A stretch of 64,000 nucleotides of DNA, from the NCBI GenBank assembly GCA_028277625.1, contig JANQFW010000089.1, positions 15,815-79,814 on the forward strand, written 5' to 3'. How positions within the stretch are numbered: the stretch's first letter is position 1; every line of letters starts with the position of its first letter. The position numbers and the translations under genes are program-made. Source of the DNA: Candidatus Gastranaerophilales bacterium (GTDB lineage Bacteria; Cyanobacteriota; Vampirovibrionia; Gastranaerophilales; JANQFW01). This document shows, piece after piece, positions 44,033-53,226 of the stretch. The notes beneath the pieces were generated by a model. That model ran no database searches, was not told the DNA's origin, and saw only the letters and a list, made by a program, of their open reading frames with translations.

Positions 44033-44965
44033 CTATAGTTCTTTTGTTATTTTAAAATGTAATTTTGCAATATTTCCAAGGTTATTTTTGTTGACATGTT
44101 GAATAAAATACCTGGCTTGATCTTTAACTTTTTGAGAGGAACCTTTGGGTAGCTCTACATTATATAGTTCGGAGAGCTTTTTTATTCTTTTAACAAATTC
44201 ATTTCTTGCTAAAATAGAAGCTGCTGCAACTGCAAGATCATCTTCTGCGCGGACTCTTTGCTCTAGATTTATATTTACACCTTTAGCTTTTAAGGCATTT
44301 TTTATTAAGGATTCATCTCCAAATTTATCAGAAAGGGCATTTTCGCATTCTTTTTTTTCTAATATATTTTCTATTACTCTGGCATGACCCCATGCAAGTA
44401 ATTTATTTAAGTTTTTAAAGCTTTCATATAGTTGATTGTATTTATCAGGATTTATCACAACAACTGAATTAATTGTGTTTTCTTTTATCTTAATTGCAAG
44501 TTTCTCTATATTTGAATCTGTTAGTTTTTTACTGTCTTGTACACCAAGGCTGTTTATGATTTCTTTATTTGTTTCATCAATGAGCACGCCTGCAACAACT
44601 AGTGGTCCAAAATAATCTCCCTTACCGGATTCATCTGTTCCTATCCAGCTGGAGTATTTATAGTGTTGATGTTCAATTAAGCTAGCTTGTGTAACTTGTT
44701 CTTGGAGAGTTATGTTAAGGTAATTAGCAAGAAAATATTTTGTATTTTTTCCTTGAACCAGAATTTTGCCACTATTATATAAAGTAATAGTTATTCCAGA
44801 GCCTTGAGCTCGCCAGAATGCGTGATTCATTGGCTTTAGTTCAAATCCGTTACTTTTAAGTTTTTCTTTTAATTCTTTTTCTTTTTTTAAGTCATATTTT
44901 GAACTATAACAATTATTTCCGTTTGTTCCCACAGTGAAAGAACCTTTTTTAAAATCTACTCCCAA
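44033..44965 (-). CDS. rnhC: ribonuclease HIII
   Basis: 310 aa. About 85-aa N-terminal domain followed by WIGTDESGKGDYFGPLVVAGV, the RNase HIII variant of the HII-family active site. Confidence 0.85.
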   Translation of the reverse strand: MGVDFKKGSFTVGTNGNNCYSSKYDLKKEKELKEKLKSNGFELKPMNHAFWRAQGSGITITLYNSGKILVQGKNTKYFLANYLNITLQEQVTQASLIEHQHYKYSSWIGTDESGKGDYFGPLVVAGVLIDETNKEIINSLGVQDSKKLTDSNIEKLAIKIKENTINSVVVINPDKYNQLYESFKNLNKLLAWGHARVIENILEKKECENALSDKFGDESLIKNALKAKGVNINLEQRVRAEDDLAVAAASILARNEFVKRIKKLSELYNVELPKGSSQKVKDQARYFIQHVNKNNLGNIAKLHFKITKEL

Positions 44966-45028
44966 TCAAGAATGTTAAACTAAAAATTATCTAAAGTAAA
45001 ACAAAATAAAACTGTTTTAGAACAAAAT

Positions 45029-45116
45029 AAAAAAGGTTCTTTCAGAACCCCATCGTTAGCACATTACCAAATTTTCATTAAATTTTTTTACTTTACCTTA
45101 CCTTTTTTTTTTACCC
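45029..45116 (-). ncRNA. candidate small RNA / leader, family 1 copy C (about 88 nt)
   Basis: Minus strand: GCATTT (45145-50)-N19-TATAAT (45120-25), 5' end GGGTAAAAAAAAAAGG, hairpin GGTTC-TGAAA-GAACC (45035-49) plus T6. Ends about 65 nt upstream of, and co-directional with, rnhC. Confidence 0.45.
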
Positions 45117-45193
45117 AATATTATAAAGTATTTATTTTATTAAAAAATGCGTATTTTTATAAAAATATTAATAAAAATAAATAAAAAATTTTT

Positions 45194-46060
45194 TTATTTT
45201 TCAGCATATACATAGGCAGATAACGATTCTAGTGTAATAGTTTTGCCGTCCAGTTCAGTTTCTAGGTCTTTGATGTATTGATTTACAATTTGCTCTTCAA
45301 GGTAGTTCATGAACCTTTGTTTTAAAGATTGAGCTCCACCTCCTGATGAGGTATTAAACCAAGGCTCTATCATTGATGCTGATACAGGATAAGTTGATTT
45401 CTCAATGTTTACGTCAATACTAATATTTTTAAACCCAGCTTGAATAAGGTTTTCTTTTAATGTTTTACTATCAAAGTTAGTTAATGGATCACTAGGGTTG
45501 CTCATTATTTTATATTCAACTTCTTTAAGTTTTTCATAGTTAGGAAAGTTAAGGGGGTTTATTAATTCATAATATTTTGTGTTTGATTTAATAATGGGTT
45601 CGAAAAATGAAATTCTTCCTCCAGGTTTAAGGATTCTGTGGAGTTCTCTTATAGAGGTTAATTTATCAAGAACATGAACCAGCACAGAGCGCATAACAAT
45701 TACATCTACAGAGTCATTTTCTAAACCTAAGTTGGTTACGTCTGTGTTGATAAATTCAACATTATTATTAATTCCACAATCTTGTGCTATTTTTTTGCAT
45801 TCGTTCAGGCAGTCTTGAGCTGAATCTGAAAAAATAACTTTTCCGGATTCTTTTAGTTTATTATAGGCTTCGAAGGCTAATAAACCTGTACCAGTACCTA
45901 TATCTATTAAGACATCATCTTCTTGTAGTTTTGCATTCTCTAGTATTTTGTCTCTAACCAACATTAACCAATTTATAGTTTGATTTTTCTGTTCTTCTGT
46001 CATATAAGAAAATCTGGAATTCTTGAGCCACTGTGTCCATGTTTCTATAACTTTAGACAT
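45194..46060 (-). CDS. class I SAM-dependent methyltransferase
   Basis: Motif I VLIDIGTGTGLLA, post-I FSDS, then LKPGGRISFFEP. Confidence 0.8.
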   Translation of the reverse strand: MSKVIETWTQWLKNSRFSYMTEEQKNQTINWLMLVRDKILENAKLQEDDVLIDIGTGTGLLAFEAYNKLKESGKVIFSDSAQDCLNECKKIAQDCGINNNVEFINTDVTNLGLENDSVDVIVMRSVLVHVLDKLTSIRELHRILKPGGRISFFEPIIKSNTKYYELINPLNFPNYEKLKEVEYKIMSNPSDPLTNFDSKTLKENLIQAGFKNISIDVNIEKSTYPVSASMIEPWFNTSSGGGAQSLKQRFMNYLEEQIVNQYIKDLETELDGKTITLESLSAYVYAEK

Positions 46061-46086
46061 GACTAACCTCTTTCTAATTACCTGAT

Positions 46087-46353
46087 TTATACTGCCTCAA
46101 AAGCTTTTTTGCAGTTTGAGCAGTGGGTTTCTTCTTTATTAACCTTTGTACTACAATACGAGCATTGTTTATATACTTCTCCAGGTTTATTTTTATAGTC
46201 CTTGGATGTTTTATTTAATGCGTCAAATAAATCATTTGATTTAATGTTTTTCTTTTTTAATAAATAAGTTGTTGTTATGAAAATAATAAAAAATTTCACT
46301 GTAACAGCAATGATAATAAATAAAAAAGCTAATTTTAAAATGCTTATTAACAC
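46087..46353 (-). CDS. small membrane protein with C-terminal zinc-ribbon (CSYC...CSNC)
   Basis: 88 aa with an N-terminal TM helix and a CxxC-x11-CxxC tail. Confidence 0.45.
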   Translation of the reverse strand: MLISILKLAFLFIIIAVTVKFFIIFITTTYLLKKKNIKSNDLFDALNKTSKDYKNKPGEVYKQCSYCSTKVNKEETHCSNCKKAFEAV

Positions 46354-46599
46354 TATTTTGTAATACCTCTTATCTTTGTTTTTTCTACTTTATATTATAC
46401 TCCCAATAATTATAATTTATAAATTTATTCTGGTACTTCTTGCCATATTGTTGTATGCTATCATTAATTATGATTATAAGTGTTTAGTTAACTGGATTTT
46501 GGTTTATATAAAATGAAGTTTTGTATAAATAGTGTTATGTTTGAGAGTTTGTTTAGAAATTATATTTACATACAAGTTTAGATATCTGGGTGGAGGAAT

Positions 46600-49029
46600 A
46601 TGAAAAAGATTTTTGGGCTGTTGATAATTGCAGCATTAATGTGTTCAATGGTTTTAATACCACCTGTGGATGCTCTGCAGGACGTGGGGAATTATGAGGT
46701 TGATGCCTCTGAATCAGCAATAGAGTCAGCTGAAATAGGAGATAATTATGCTTCTGTAAGTTCAACTGAAACGAATGAAAAAAAAATCGAAAAAAGTCTC
46801 GAACAAAAGTTATCAAAACAAAATAATTCTGTAAGCGTAATAGAAGATTTATTTGAAGGTAAGTTGAAGCAATTTGGCTATGAAGTCTTTGGGAATTCTG
46901 CAAATCAAACATATAATAGTAAAGTTCCTAATAACTATACTTTAAAAATTGGCGATAAGGTTAACTTATACTTTTGGGGAAGCTCTATAGATGTTTTAAC
47001 TGCCTCTGGTAGTAGTTCTTTAAGTCCTTTTGTAAAAACAATGGTAGATACACAAGGTAATATATTTGTCCCAAGTATTGGAGTTATAAACGCTAAAGGT
47101 AAAACTTTAAAACAGGTGGAAAGTCAAATATACTCAACACTTTCCAAAAGAATATCAAATTTTAGAGTGAGACTAAGTGTTCATGAACCGGGTAATCAAG
47201 GGGTGATGGTTCTTGGAAATGTAAAAAAGCCGGGTGTTATTTATATTGATTCTTCTGCTAGTATACTTGATGCACTTAATCTTGCAGGTGGTGCTTTGAA
47301 GGAAGGTTCTTTAAGAAATATTAATTATATAAGTAATAAAAAGTCCAGACAAATTGATCTTTATGATATTTTGATAAAAGGTAGTGTTACAGACCTTTCA
47401 CTTAAAGACGGAGATGTTATTTTTGTTAACCCTATAGGAAATATAATAGCTTTGTCTGAGGGGGTAAAAAAACCTGGTATATATGAATTTGCTGACAATG
47501 AGAATTTGGAAGAGTTAATCGGATTTGCCGGGGGGGTATTACCTTCATCAAGTATAGAAAAAATAGAAATAGAAAGATTTGACAATTCAATAAAGCAAAA
47601 AGTATTTAAGAACGTTAATATCAATCAATTAGCTCAAATGCAACCTCGTGACGGTGACTTGGTTAAGTTTAAAGAATTGTATAAGATACCTGAAAATATT
47701 GTCGTATTAAAAGGAAATGTTAAAAATCCAGGTGGCTATGAATTTAAACCAGGCATGAAATTATCTGATATACTTAGTTCTAGTGATGAAATATTGGTTA
47801 ATACATTTGTAGCTCAAGCCATAATTACAAGAATTATAAATGCTCAAAAAGATGTTGTTAATATTCCAATTTCTTTAGTTGAATTTTTTAATGGTACGAT
47901 TGACCCTGATTTAAAGAGAAGAGATGTTATTAGAATATATCCAGGGATTGAGTCAGAAATGGTATTTGTTAAAGGGTGTATTAATAACCCTGGTTCAATA
48001 CCTTACAGGGAGAATTTAACTTTAGGTAAGATATTTGGAAGTTTGCAATTCAATAGAGATGTAAATAATATAGCTGTAGAAATTAAATCTTTAAGGACGG
48101 ATAATCCTACTATATCTTTAAAGAGAAAAGTTAAACCTTTGAATCTTGATGAAAATGATAAAAATGTAGAATCATTGAGTGAGTTAAAAGTTAGAGTGGT
48201 CTATTTATACGAGTATTTAACCCAGAACTCACAAGAAGAAGTTGTTTTAAAACCCGGGGATTCTATTTTATTTAGACCTTTACTGCCAAAAGAAGCACTA
48301 AGAACTGTGGACATAACCGGTTATGTTAAAAATCCAGGTGTTTATAGAGTGCGACCAGGATTAAAGCTTTTAGATGTTATTTCTCAAGCTGGAGGACTTA
48401 AGCAAGGGGCTTTTTTAAATGGTTTAGTTTTTACTCGTCCATCCCTTGTGGCTATTCAAAATAGGTTAAATAAAGAAAATTTATTAAGATATCAGGAAGA
48501 ATTGACTTTAGAGTCAACAAAGTTTAACTCAAAAGATAGCAGAACAGGTATTGCTCAAGAAATGGCTATGCAGGATAGATTTTTAAGGCTATTCTCTCAA
48601 GATAAAGAAAAGCTTAAAGGCAGAATTGCTATAAATATTGAAAATAATAAATTGTCTGCTGCTGATAATATTGAAATTAAAGATGGTGACAAGATTCATA
48701 TTCCAGCTGAACCTGGTTATGTATTATTAGTAGGTGAAGTAAATAATCAATCAGCAATTGCTTATATGTCCAATAAGCCTTTAAAGCATTACTTGAACAA
48801 AGCTGGTGGATTGAAAAAAGAAGCTAGAAAAAAACAAATATATATTGTTAAGGCAAATGGTATAACTGTAAAGCCCAGAAAGCTTATGTCTTATAAACTA
48901 GGTCAAGGTGATTCTGTTGTTATTCCTAAAAAATATGTTCAAAGGATTAATAAAACAGAATTGGTTAAAGGTCTTGCTGATGGGGCATTTAAGTTGATGA
49001 GTATAATCTTTATGATGGATAGATTATAA
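46600..49029 (+). CDS. polysaccharide export protein (Wza/KpsD-like; Poly_export + multiple SLBB repeats)
   Basis: Signal peptide. Poly_export-type segment (YTLKIGDKVNLYFWG......VDTQGNIFVPSIGVINAKGKTLKQVESQI) and repeated G.VK.PG.Y....G..L.D.I..AGG motifs. Confidence 0.8.
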   Translation: MKKIFGLLIIAALMCSMVLIPPVDALQDVGNYEVDASESAIESAEIGDNYASVSSTETNEKKIEKSLEQKLSKQNNSVSVIEDLFEGKLKQFGYEVFGNSANQTYNSKVPNNYTLKIGDKVNLYFWGSSIDVLTASGSSSLSPFVKTMVDTQGNIFVPSIGVINAKGKTLKQVESQIYSTLSKRISNFRVRLSVHEPGNQGVMVLGNVKKPGVIYIDSSASILDALNLAGGALKEGSLRNINYISNKKSRQIDLYDILIKGSVTDLSLKDGDVIFVNPIGNIIALSEGVKKPGIYEFADNENLEELIGFAGGVLPSSSIEKIEIERFDNSIKQKVFKNVNINQLAQMQPRDGDLVKFKELYKIPENIVVLKGNVKNPGGYEFKPGMKLSDILSSSDEILVNTFVAQAIITRIINAQKDVVNIPISLVEFFNGTIDPDLKRRDVIRIYPGIESEMVFVKGCINNPGSIPYRENLTLGKIFGSLQFNRDVNNIAVEIKSLRTDNPTISLKRKVKPLNLDENDKNVESLSELKVRVVYLYEYLTQNSQEEVVLKPGDSILFRPLLPKEALRTVDITGYVKNPGVYRVRPGLKLLDVISQAGGLKQGAFLNGLVFTRPSLVAIQNRLNKENLLRYQEELTLESTKFNSKDSRTGIAQEMAMQDRFLRLFSQDKEKLKGRIAINIENNKLSAADNIEIKDGDKIHIPAEPGYVLLVGEVNNQSAIAYMSNKPLKHYLNKAGGLKKEARKKQIYIVKANGITVKPRKLMSYKLGQGDSVVIPKKYVQRINKTELVKGLADGAFKLMSIIFMMDRL

Positions 49030-49054
49030 AAGATAAAGTCAAAGTTTTTTAAGT

Positions 49055-49074
49055 AAAATAGCCTGTCGGCTATT
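49055..49074. terminator. short hairpin between convergent genes
   Basis: AAATAGCC-TGTC-GGCTATTT, an 8-bp stem abutting the stop codon of the minus-strand gene. Confidence 0.35.
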
Positions 49075-50084
49075 TAGACAGGTTCTTTTACTTTATACCC
49101 TTCCTCAAAACTTTCTTGAATTGCTGAGCAGATATCTTTGGTTATTGATTCAATGTCTTCTAGGTGGCTATGACCATTGATAACAATATCTGCATAATCT
49201 TTTGTTGGTTGTATATATTGTGCTCTACGTGCTTCAATTTTATCGAAGATAGCACTTTTATCTTCTTGATTTTGTATTCTATCTTTATTCCTATTATTCC
49301 ACCTTTTTTGTATTTCTTCTTGTGGTGTATCAATAAAAATTTTAACATCAAAAATATCTTTTATTTTGGGATTTAGTGCAAATATGCTTTCAGCAATGAC
49401 GCAGTGTGCAGGTTTTTTATTTATTGCATTTGGAGAAGAAGTACATGAATTATAGTCATATTGGGGTATATTAACTTCATTGCCATCTTTTAATGAAATT
49501 AAGTCTTTATTCATATCTTCAATGTTAACATTTTCTGGGGAGTTAAGGTCATTTATGTCTTTTAAATATTTAATAATATCATTATCAACTGTTTTGAATT
49601 CTTCTGAAGTATCTTTATAATACATATCTCCATTTATAATTGTAATTGGCTTTAGAGTGTTGGCATCAGAGGACTTAAAATTTTCGTTAATTTTTCCAGC
49701 TATTATGTTTGTAATCGTAGACTTTCCTGAAGTAGAACCTCCTGTTATACCTATCAATATAGGTTTATTGGGCTGATCAGTTATTTTTGTAGCTACTTCT
49801 TTTATAAAATTAGGCTTCACTTCTTTAATTACAGAAATCTTTCTGGATTGATCTTTTTCGATAATTTTATTGAGTTTGTCTTGTAGTGATTCCGCTTTGG
49901 AATTGCCAGTAAAATTGATATTAGTTAAGGCAATAGCCTTTAATGCTAATGCCTCTTTAAAAGATAAGACTTTGTTATTTGCTATAGGTGTGATTGTGTT
50001 TTTTATAGTTATAGTATTTTTATCTTTTTGTAATCCAGCAAGTTTGATATTTTGATTCTGTTGATGATAATTAATTTTCAACAT
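49074..50084 (-). CDS. uridine kinase / phosphoribulokinase-family P-loop kinase with about 100-aa N-terminal extension
   Basis: P-loop LIGITGGSTSGKST and Udk-like core ending ..ADIVINGHS. The first about 100 aa are not part of the kinase fold. Confidence 0.7.
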   Translation of the reverse strand: MLKINYHQQNQNIKLAGLQKDKNTITIKNTITPIANNKVLSFKEALALKAIALTNINFTGNSKAESLQDKLNKIIEKDQSRKISVIKEVKPNFIKEVATKITDQPNKPILIGITGGSTSGKSTITNIIAGKINENFKSSDANTLKPITIINGDMYYKDTSEEFKTVDNDIIKYLKDINDLNSPENVNIEDMNKDLISLKDGNEVNIPQYDYNSCTSSPNAINKKPAHCVIAESIFALNPKIKDIFDVKIFIDTPQEEIQKRWNNRNKDRIQNQEDKSAIFDKIEARRAQYIQPTKDYADIVINGHSHLEDIESITKDICSAIQESFEEGYKVKEPV

Positions 50085-50204
50085 ATATGATTCTCCCTTT
50101 TTTTACAAATATTTGCTTACTAATATTAAAAAAGTTTATAAAGGATGTAAATCAGATTTGCCTATTGATTAAGTTAAAATTTACAATTAGCGATTCCTTG
50201 TTTT

Positions 50205-50375
50205 TATAAAGTATTACTCATTGATTCTTGAATTGCGTAATATACTTCACTTACCAGTGACTTGATATCATCGATTTTGCTATGGCCATTAATGATAAGG
50301 TCTGCATTATTTTTTGTGGGTTTTACATGATCTTTGTAGCTATCATTTACTTTTTTACTAAAATATTTTATTTTT
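50205..50375 (-). pseudogene. decayed duplicate of the 3' end of the adjacent kinase gene
   Basis: Minus-strand frame reads ..FSKKVNDSYKDHVKPTKNNADLIINGHSKIDDIKSLVSEVYYAIQESMSNTL*. This aligns with ..QYIQPTKDYADIVINGHSHLEDIESITKDICSAIQESFEE of 49074-50084. No start codon; an in-frame TGA lies at 50376-78. Confidence 0.65.
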
Positions 50376-50555
50376 CATCGTCTTTGCTGTTAGGATTTAT
50401 TTCTTTTTATCTTTTATAAAAAATAAAAAAAGTAGCTTCTTAATAACTTTATTGTTTTGGTATATGATATAAGAGAATTAGTATTATTAGAGTGGAACAT
50501 TTTAAATAATTTAAACTTACATTAATTTAACTGGAGCATTATAAAAAGGCATTTT

Positions 50556-52883
50556 ATGAGTGAAGATAATAAAAAACAAAATGATTTTTCTTTTGGCTTT
50601 GAGCTTGATGATTTTCAGCAAGAAGCAGTAAATTTTATTGATGAAGGTAAAAGTGTAGTTGTTTGTGCTCCAACAGGTGCAGGAAAAACTGTTATTGCAG
50701 AACATGCAATTATTAAGGCTATTCAAGATAATAAAAGAATTTTTTATACAACTCCGTTAAAGGCTCTGAGTAACCAGAAATTTAATGATTTTTCAAAAAA
50801 ATATAGAGAGGAACGAGTAGGGTTATTAACGGGTGATATAAGTATTAACAGAATGGCTCAAATAGTTGTTATGACTACAGAAGTTTATAGAAACATGTTA
50901 TATGGAACTTCTTTGGGTAAATTGGAAGAAAACTTAAATAATGTTCAATATGTAGTTTTAGATGAAGTTCATTATATGAACGAAGAACGACGAGGGACAG
51001 TTTGGGAAGAGAGTATTATTTATAGTCCTAATAATATACAGTTAATAGCTCTTTCTGCTACTATTGCAAACGCTGATGAGCTTACTAATTGGATAAATAC
51101 TGTGCATGGTCCTACTAGACTTGTTAATACAGACTTTAGGCCAGTTCCTTTAAGACATTATTATTTTTCTGTAACCCAGGGAAACAAAAAGATTTTACCC
51201 CTGTTTTCGCCTGGAGGAAAGTTAAACTCTAAAATTAAAGCATCAAATGCTCACGTAAAAAGAGGGAAAAGGGTCCACAGGACAGAAGTTGCTCAAAATT
51301 TAGTAAGTAGTCTTTCTGATAAAAATATGCTCCCTGCTATTTATTTTACATTTAGCAGAAAAGGCTGTGATGAGAATATGGAAGCGTGTTCTAAGTTGAG
51401 GCTATTAAATAAGTTTGAAGAAAAAAGATTAATGCAGATTATTGATGAGTATATTTTGGATAATCCATATATAGCCAAGAGTAAATATTTGGAATATTTA
51501 TACTCAGGGGTTGCAAGTCACCATGCGGGAATGCTTCCTGCTTGGAAAGTTTTGGTGGAAAAGCTTTTTCAGCAGGGCTTGATAAAAGTAGTTTTTGCAA
51601 CAGAAACCCTTGCAGCAGGAATTAATATGCCAGCTAGATCAACAATTATAAGTTCTATATCAAAACGATCTGATGATGGGCATAGATTACTTACTGCAAG
51701 TGAGTTTTTGCAGATGTCTGGTCGTGCAGGGCGAAGAGGAATGGATGAAGAAGGTTTTGTTACCGTAGTTGGCTCTGCTCATGAAACGGCTGAGGAGGTA
51801 GCAGAATTAGCATCCTCTACATCTAACCCGCTAGAAAGTCGATTTACTCCAGGGTATTCAATGGTATTAAATCTATTACAACGTTTTAATATGGATGAAA
51901 CAAGAGAGTTAATATTAAAAAGTTTTGGGTATTTTACCTCTTCAAAAAGGTTAAAACCATTTTATGAAGAGCAGGAACGATTAAAAGATTCTATTTTGGG
52001 CATTGAGAACTATAAATGCGTTTATGGACTAACTAATGAAGATGTTAAAACTTATAATAAGCTCAAAAATACTTTTGTTGAGTATAAAAAGATAACAAGC
52101 ACACTGCGAAAGCAAGCAGCAAAAGCCGGCAGAAAAGATGCGCCAGAGGTTATTGAGTATGACATGAAGACAAAAGACCTTTTGAATAAGTCTAGACAAT
52201 TTAGGTGTTATACATGTAGAGAGTACAAAAAGCACATAAAAAGCCTTGATGTTTTAACTAGGTTTCATCGTAGATATAGCAACATAACAAAGTTAATAGA
52301 TTATGAAAAGGATATTTATTGGCAACAGTTTTTAAACTTAATGGAAGTTTTAGAGGAAAAAGGCTTTTTGCATGATAGATATCCGACAGAAGCTGGAGTA
52401 ATGGCTTCTGCTATAAGGGCTGACAATGAAGTTTATTTATCTGATATTGTTATAAAAGGAGTCTTAGATGACTTATCTCCTTCTGAGTTAGCATCTGTAG
52501 TGTGTGCGATATCAACCGAAGATACTAAAAATACACCTTTTAATAAATACTATGTAAGTGGAAAAGTAAGAAAAGCACTAGCTAGATGTGATGGAATAGG
52601 TAGAAGTGTAAAGAAGTTGCAAAAGCAATATAATGTAGATGTCCCTATATTAATGAATCCTGTTTTTTCTTCTTTGATTGAAAATTGGGTAATGGGGTGT
52701 GAATGGAGTGACTTAACAGAGGGGCTTGATATTGGAGAAGGTGATATTGTAAGAGTATTTAAGCGAACCTCTGATGTTTTGAGGCAGTTAATGATTCTGC
52801 CTGGTGTATCAGAGCAAGTAATATCAAATGCGGAGTTGGCTTTTGAATCAATAAATAGAGACCCTATTATTGAGGTTTACTAA
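50556..52883 (+). CDS. Ski2-like DExH-box helicase (HelY-type)
   Basis: Motif I APTGAGKT, II DEVH, III SAT, VI QMSGRAGRRG. C-terminal DSHCT-like region (..GEGDIVRVFKRTSDVLRQL). Confidence 0.9.
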   Translation: MSEDNKKQNDFSFGFELDDFQQEAVNFIDEGKSVVVCAPTGAGKTVIAEHAIIKAIQDNKRIFYTTPLKALSNQKFNDFSKKYREERVGLLTGDISINRMAQIVVMTTEVYRNMLYGTSLGKLEENLNNVQYVVLDEVHYMNEERRGTVWEESIIYSPNNIQLIALSATIANADELTNWINTVHGPTRLVNTDFRPVPLRHYYFSVTQGNKKILPLFSPGGKLNSKIKASNAHVKRGKRVHRTEVAQNLVSSLSDKNMLPAIYFTFSRKGCDENMEACSKLRLLNKFEEKRLMQIIDEYILDNPYIAKSKYLEYLYSGVASHHAGMLPAWKVLVEKLFQQGLIKVVFATETLAAGINMPARSTIISSISKRSDDGHRLLTASEFLQMSGRAGRRGMDEEGFVTVVGSAHETAEEVAELASSTSNPLESRFTPGYSMVLNLLQRFNMDETRELILKSFGYFTSSKRLKPFYEEQERLKDSILGIENYKCVYGLTNEDVKTYNKLKNTFVEYKKITSTLRKQAAKAGRKDAPEVIEYDMKTKDLLNKSRQFRCYTCREYKKHIKSLDVLTRFHRRYSNITKLIDYEKDIYWQQFLNLMEVLEEKGFLHDRYPTEAGVMASAIRADNEVYLSDIVIKGVLDDLSPSELASVVCAISTEDTKNTPFNKYYVSGKVRKALARCDGIGRSVKKLQKQYNVDVPILMNPVFSSLIENWVMGCEWSDLTEGLDIGEGDIVRVFKRTSDVLRQLMILPGVSEQVISNAELAFESINRDPIIEVY

Positions 52884-53184
52884 TAACAGGGTCCAAAAAA
52901 ATTCAGTATAGTCAGGCCAAAGTGTATTGATTAGAGGTAGAATTTTATTATAGTAATTTTTAATTACTTGCATTTAAAATATTTTAACTTATTGATTTGT
53001 CATGATAGTAAAACTATCGAGTTTGTGCTTAAATTATCTATGCAACGCATCAATTATTTAATTGATTAAACTTTTCAGAATATGGTTTACGTTTATTATT
53101 ATAAACATGATTAAATACTCTGAATTTTATTTTAAAATTTCTGAATGCTAAGATGGGGTCTAGTTGGGCTTATATATATTAAAA

Positions 53185-53206
53185 CAATTTTTTCATGAAA
53201 AAATTG
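53185..53206. promoter_or_regulatory. perfect 22-bp palindrome immediately upstream of the nupC RBS
   Basis: CAATTTTTTCATGAAAAAATTG equals its own reverse complement. It ends 20 nt before the nupC ATG. Confidence 0.35.
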
Positions 53207-53226
53207 ACAAAAAAGAAAGGTTTTAG

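Noticed and set aside
46553-46912. 119-aa minus-strand ORF overlapping the start of the polysaccharide-export gene
   Set aside because: It is antisense to a CDS with a clear RBS, signal peptide and family motifs, and its translation is low-complexity.
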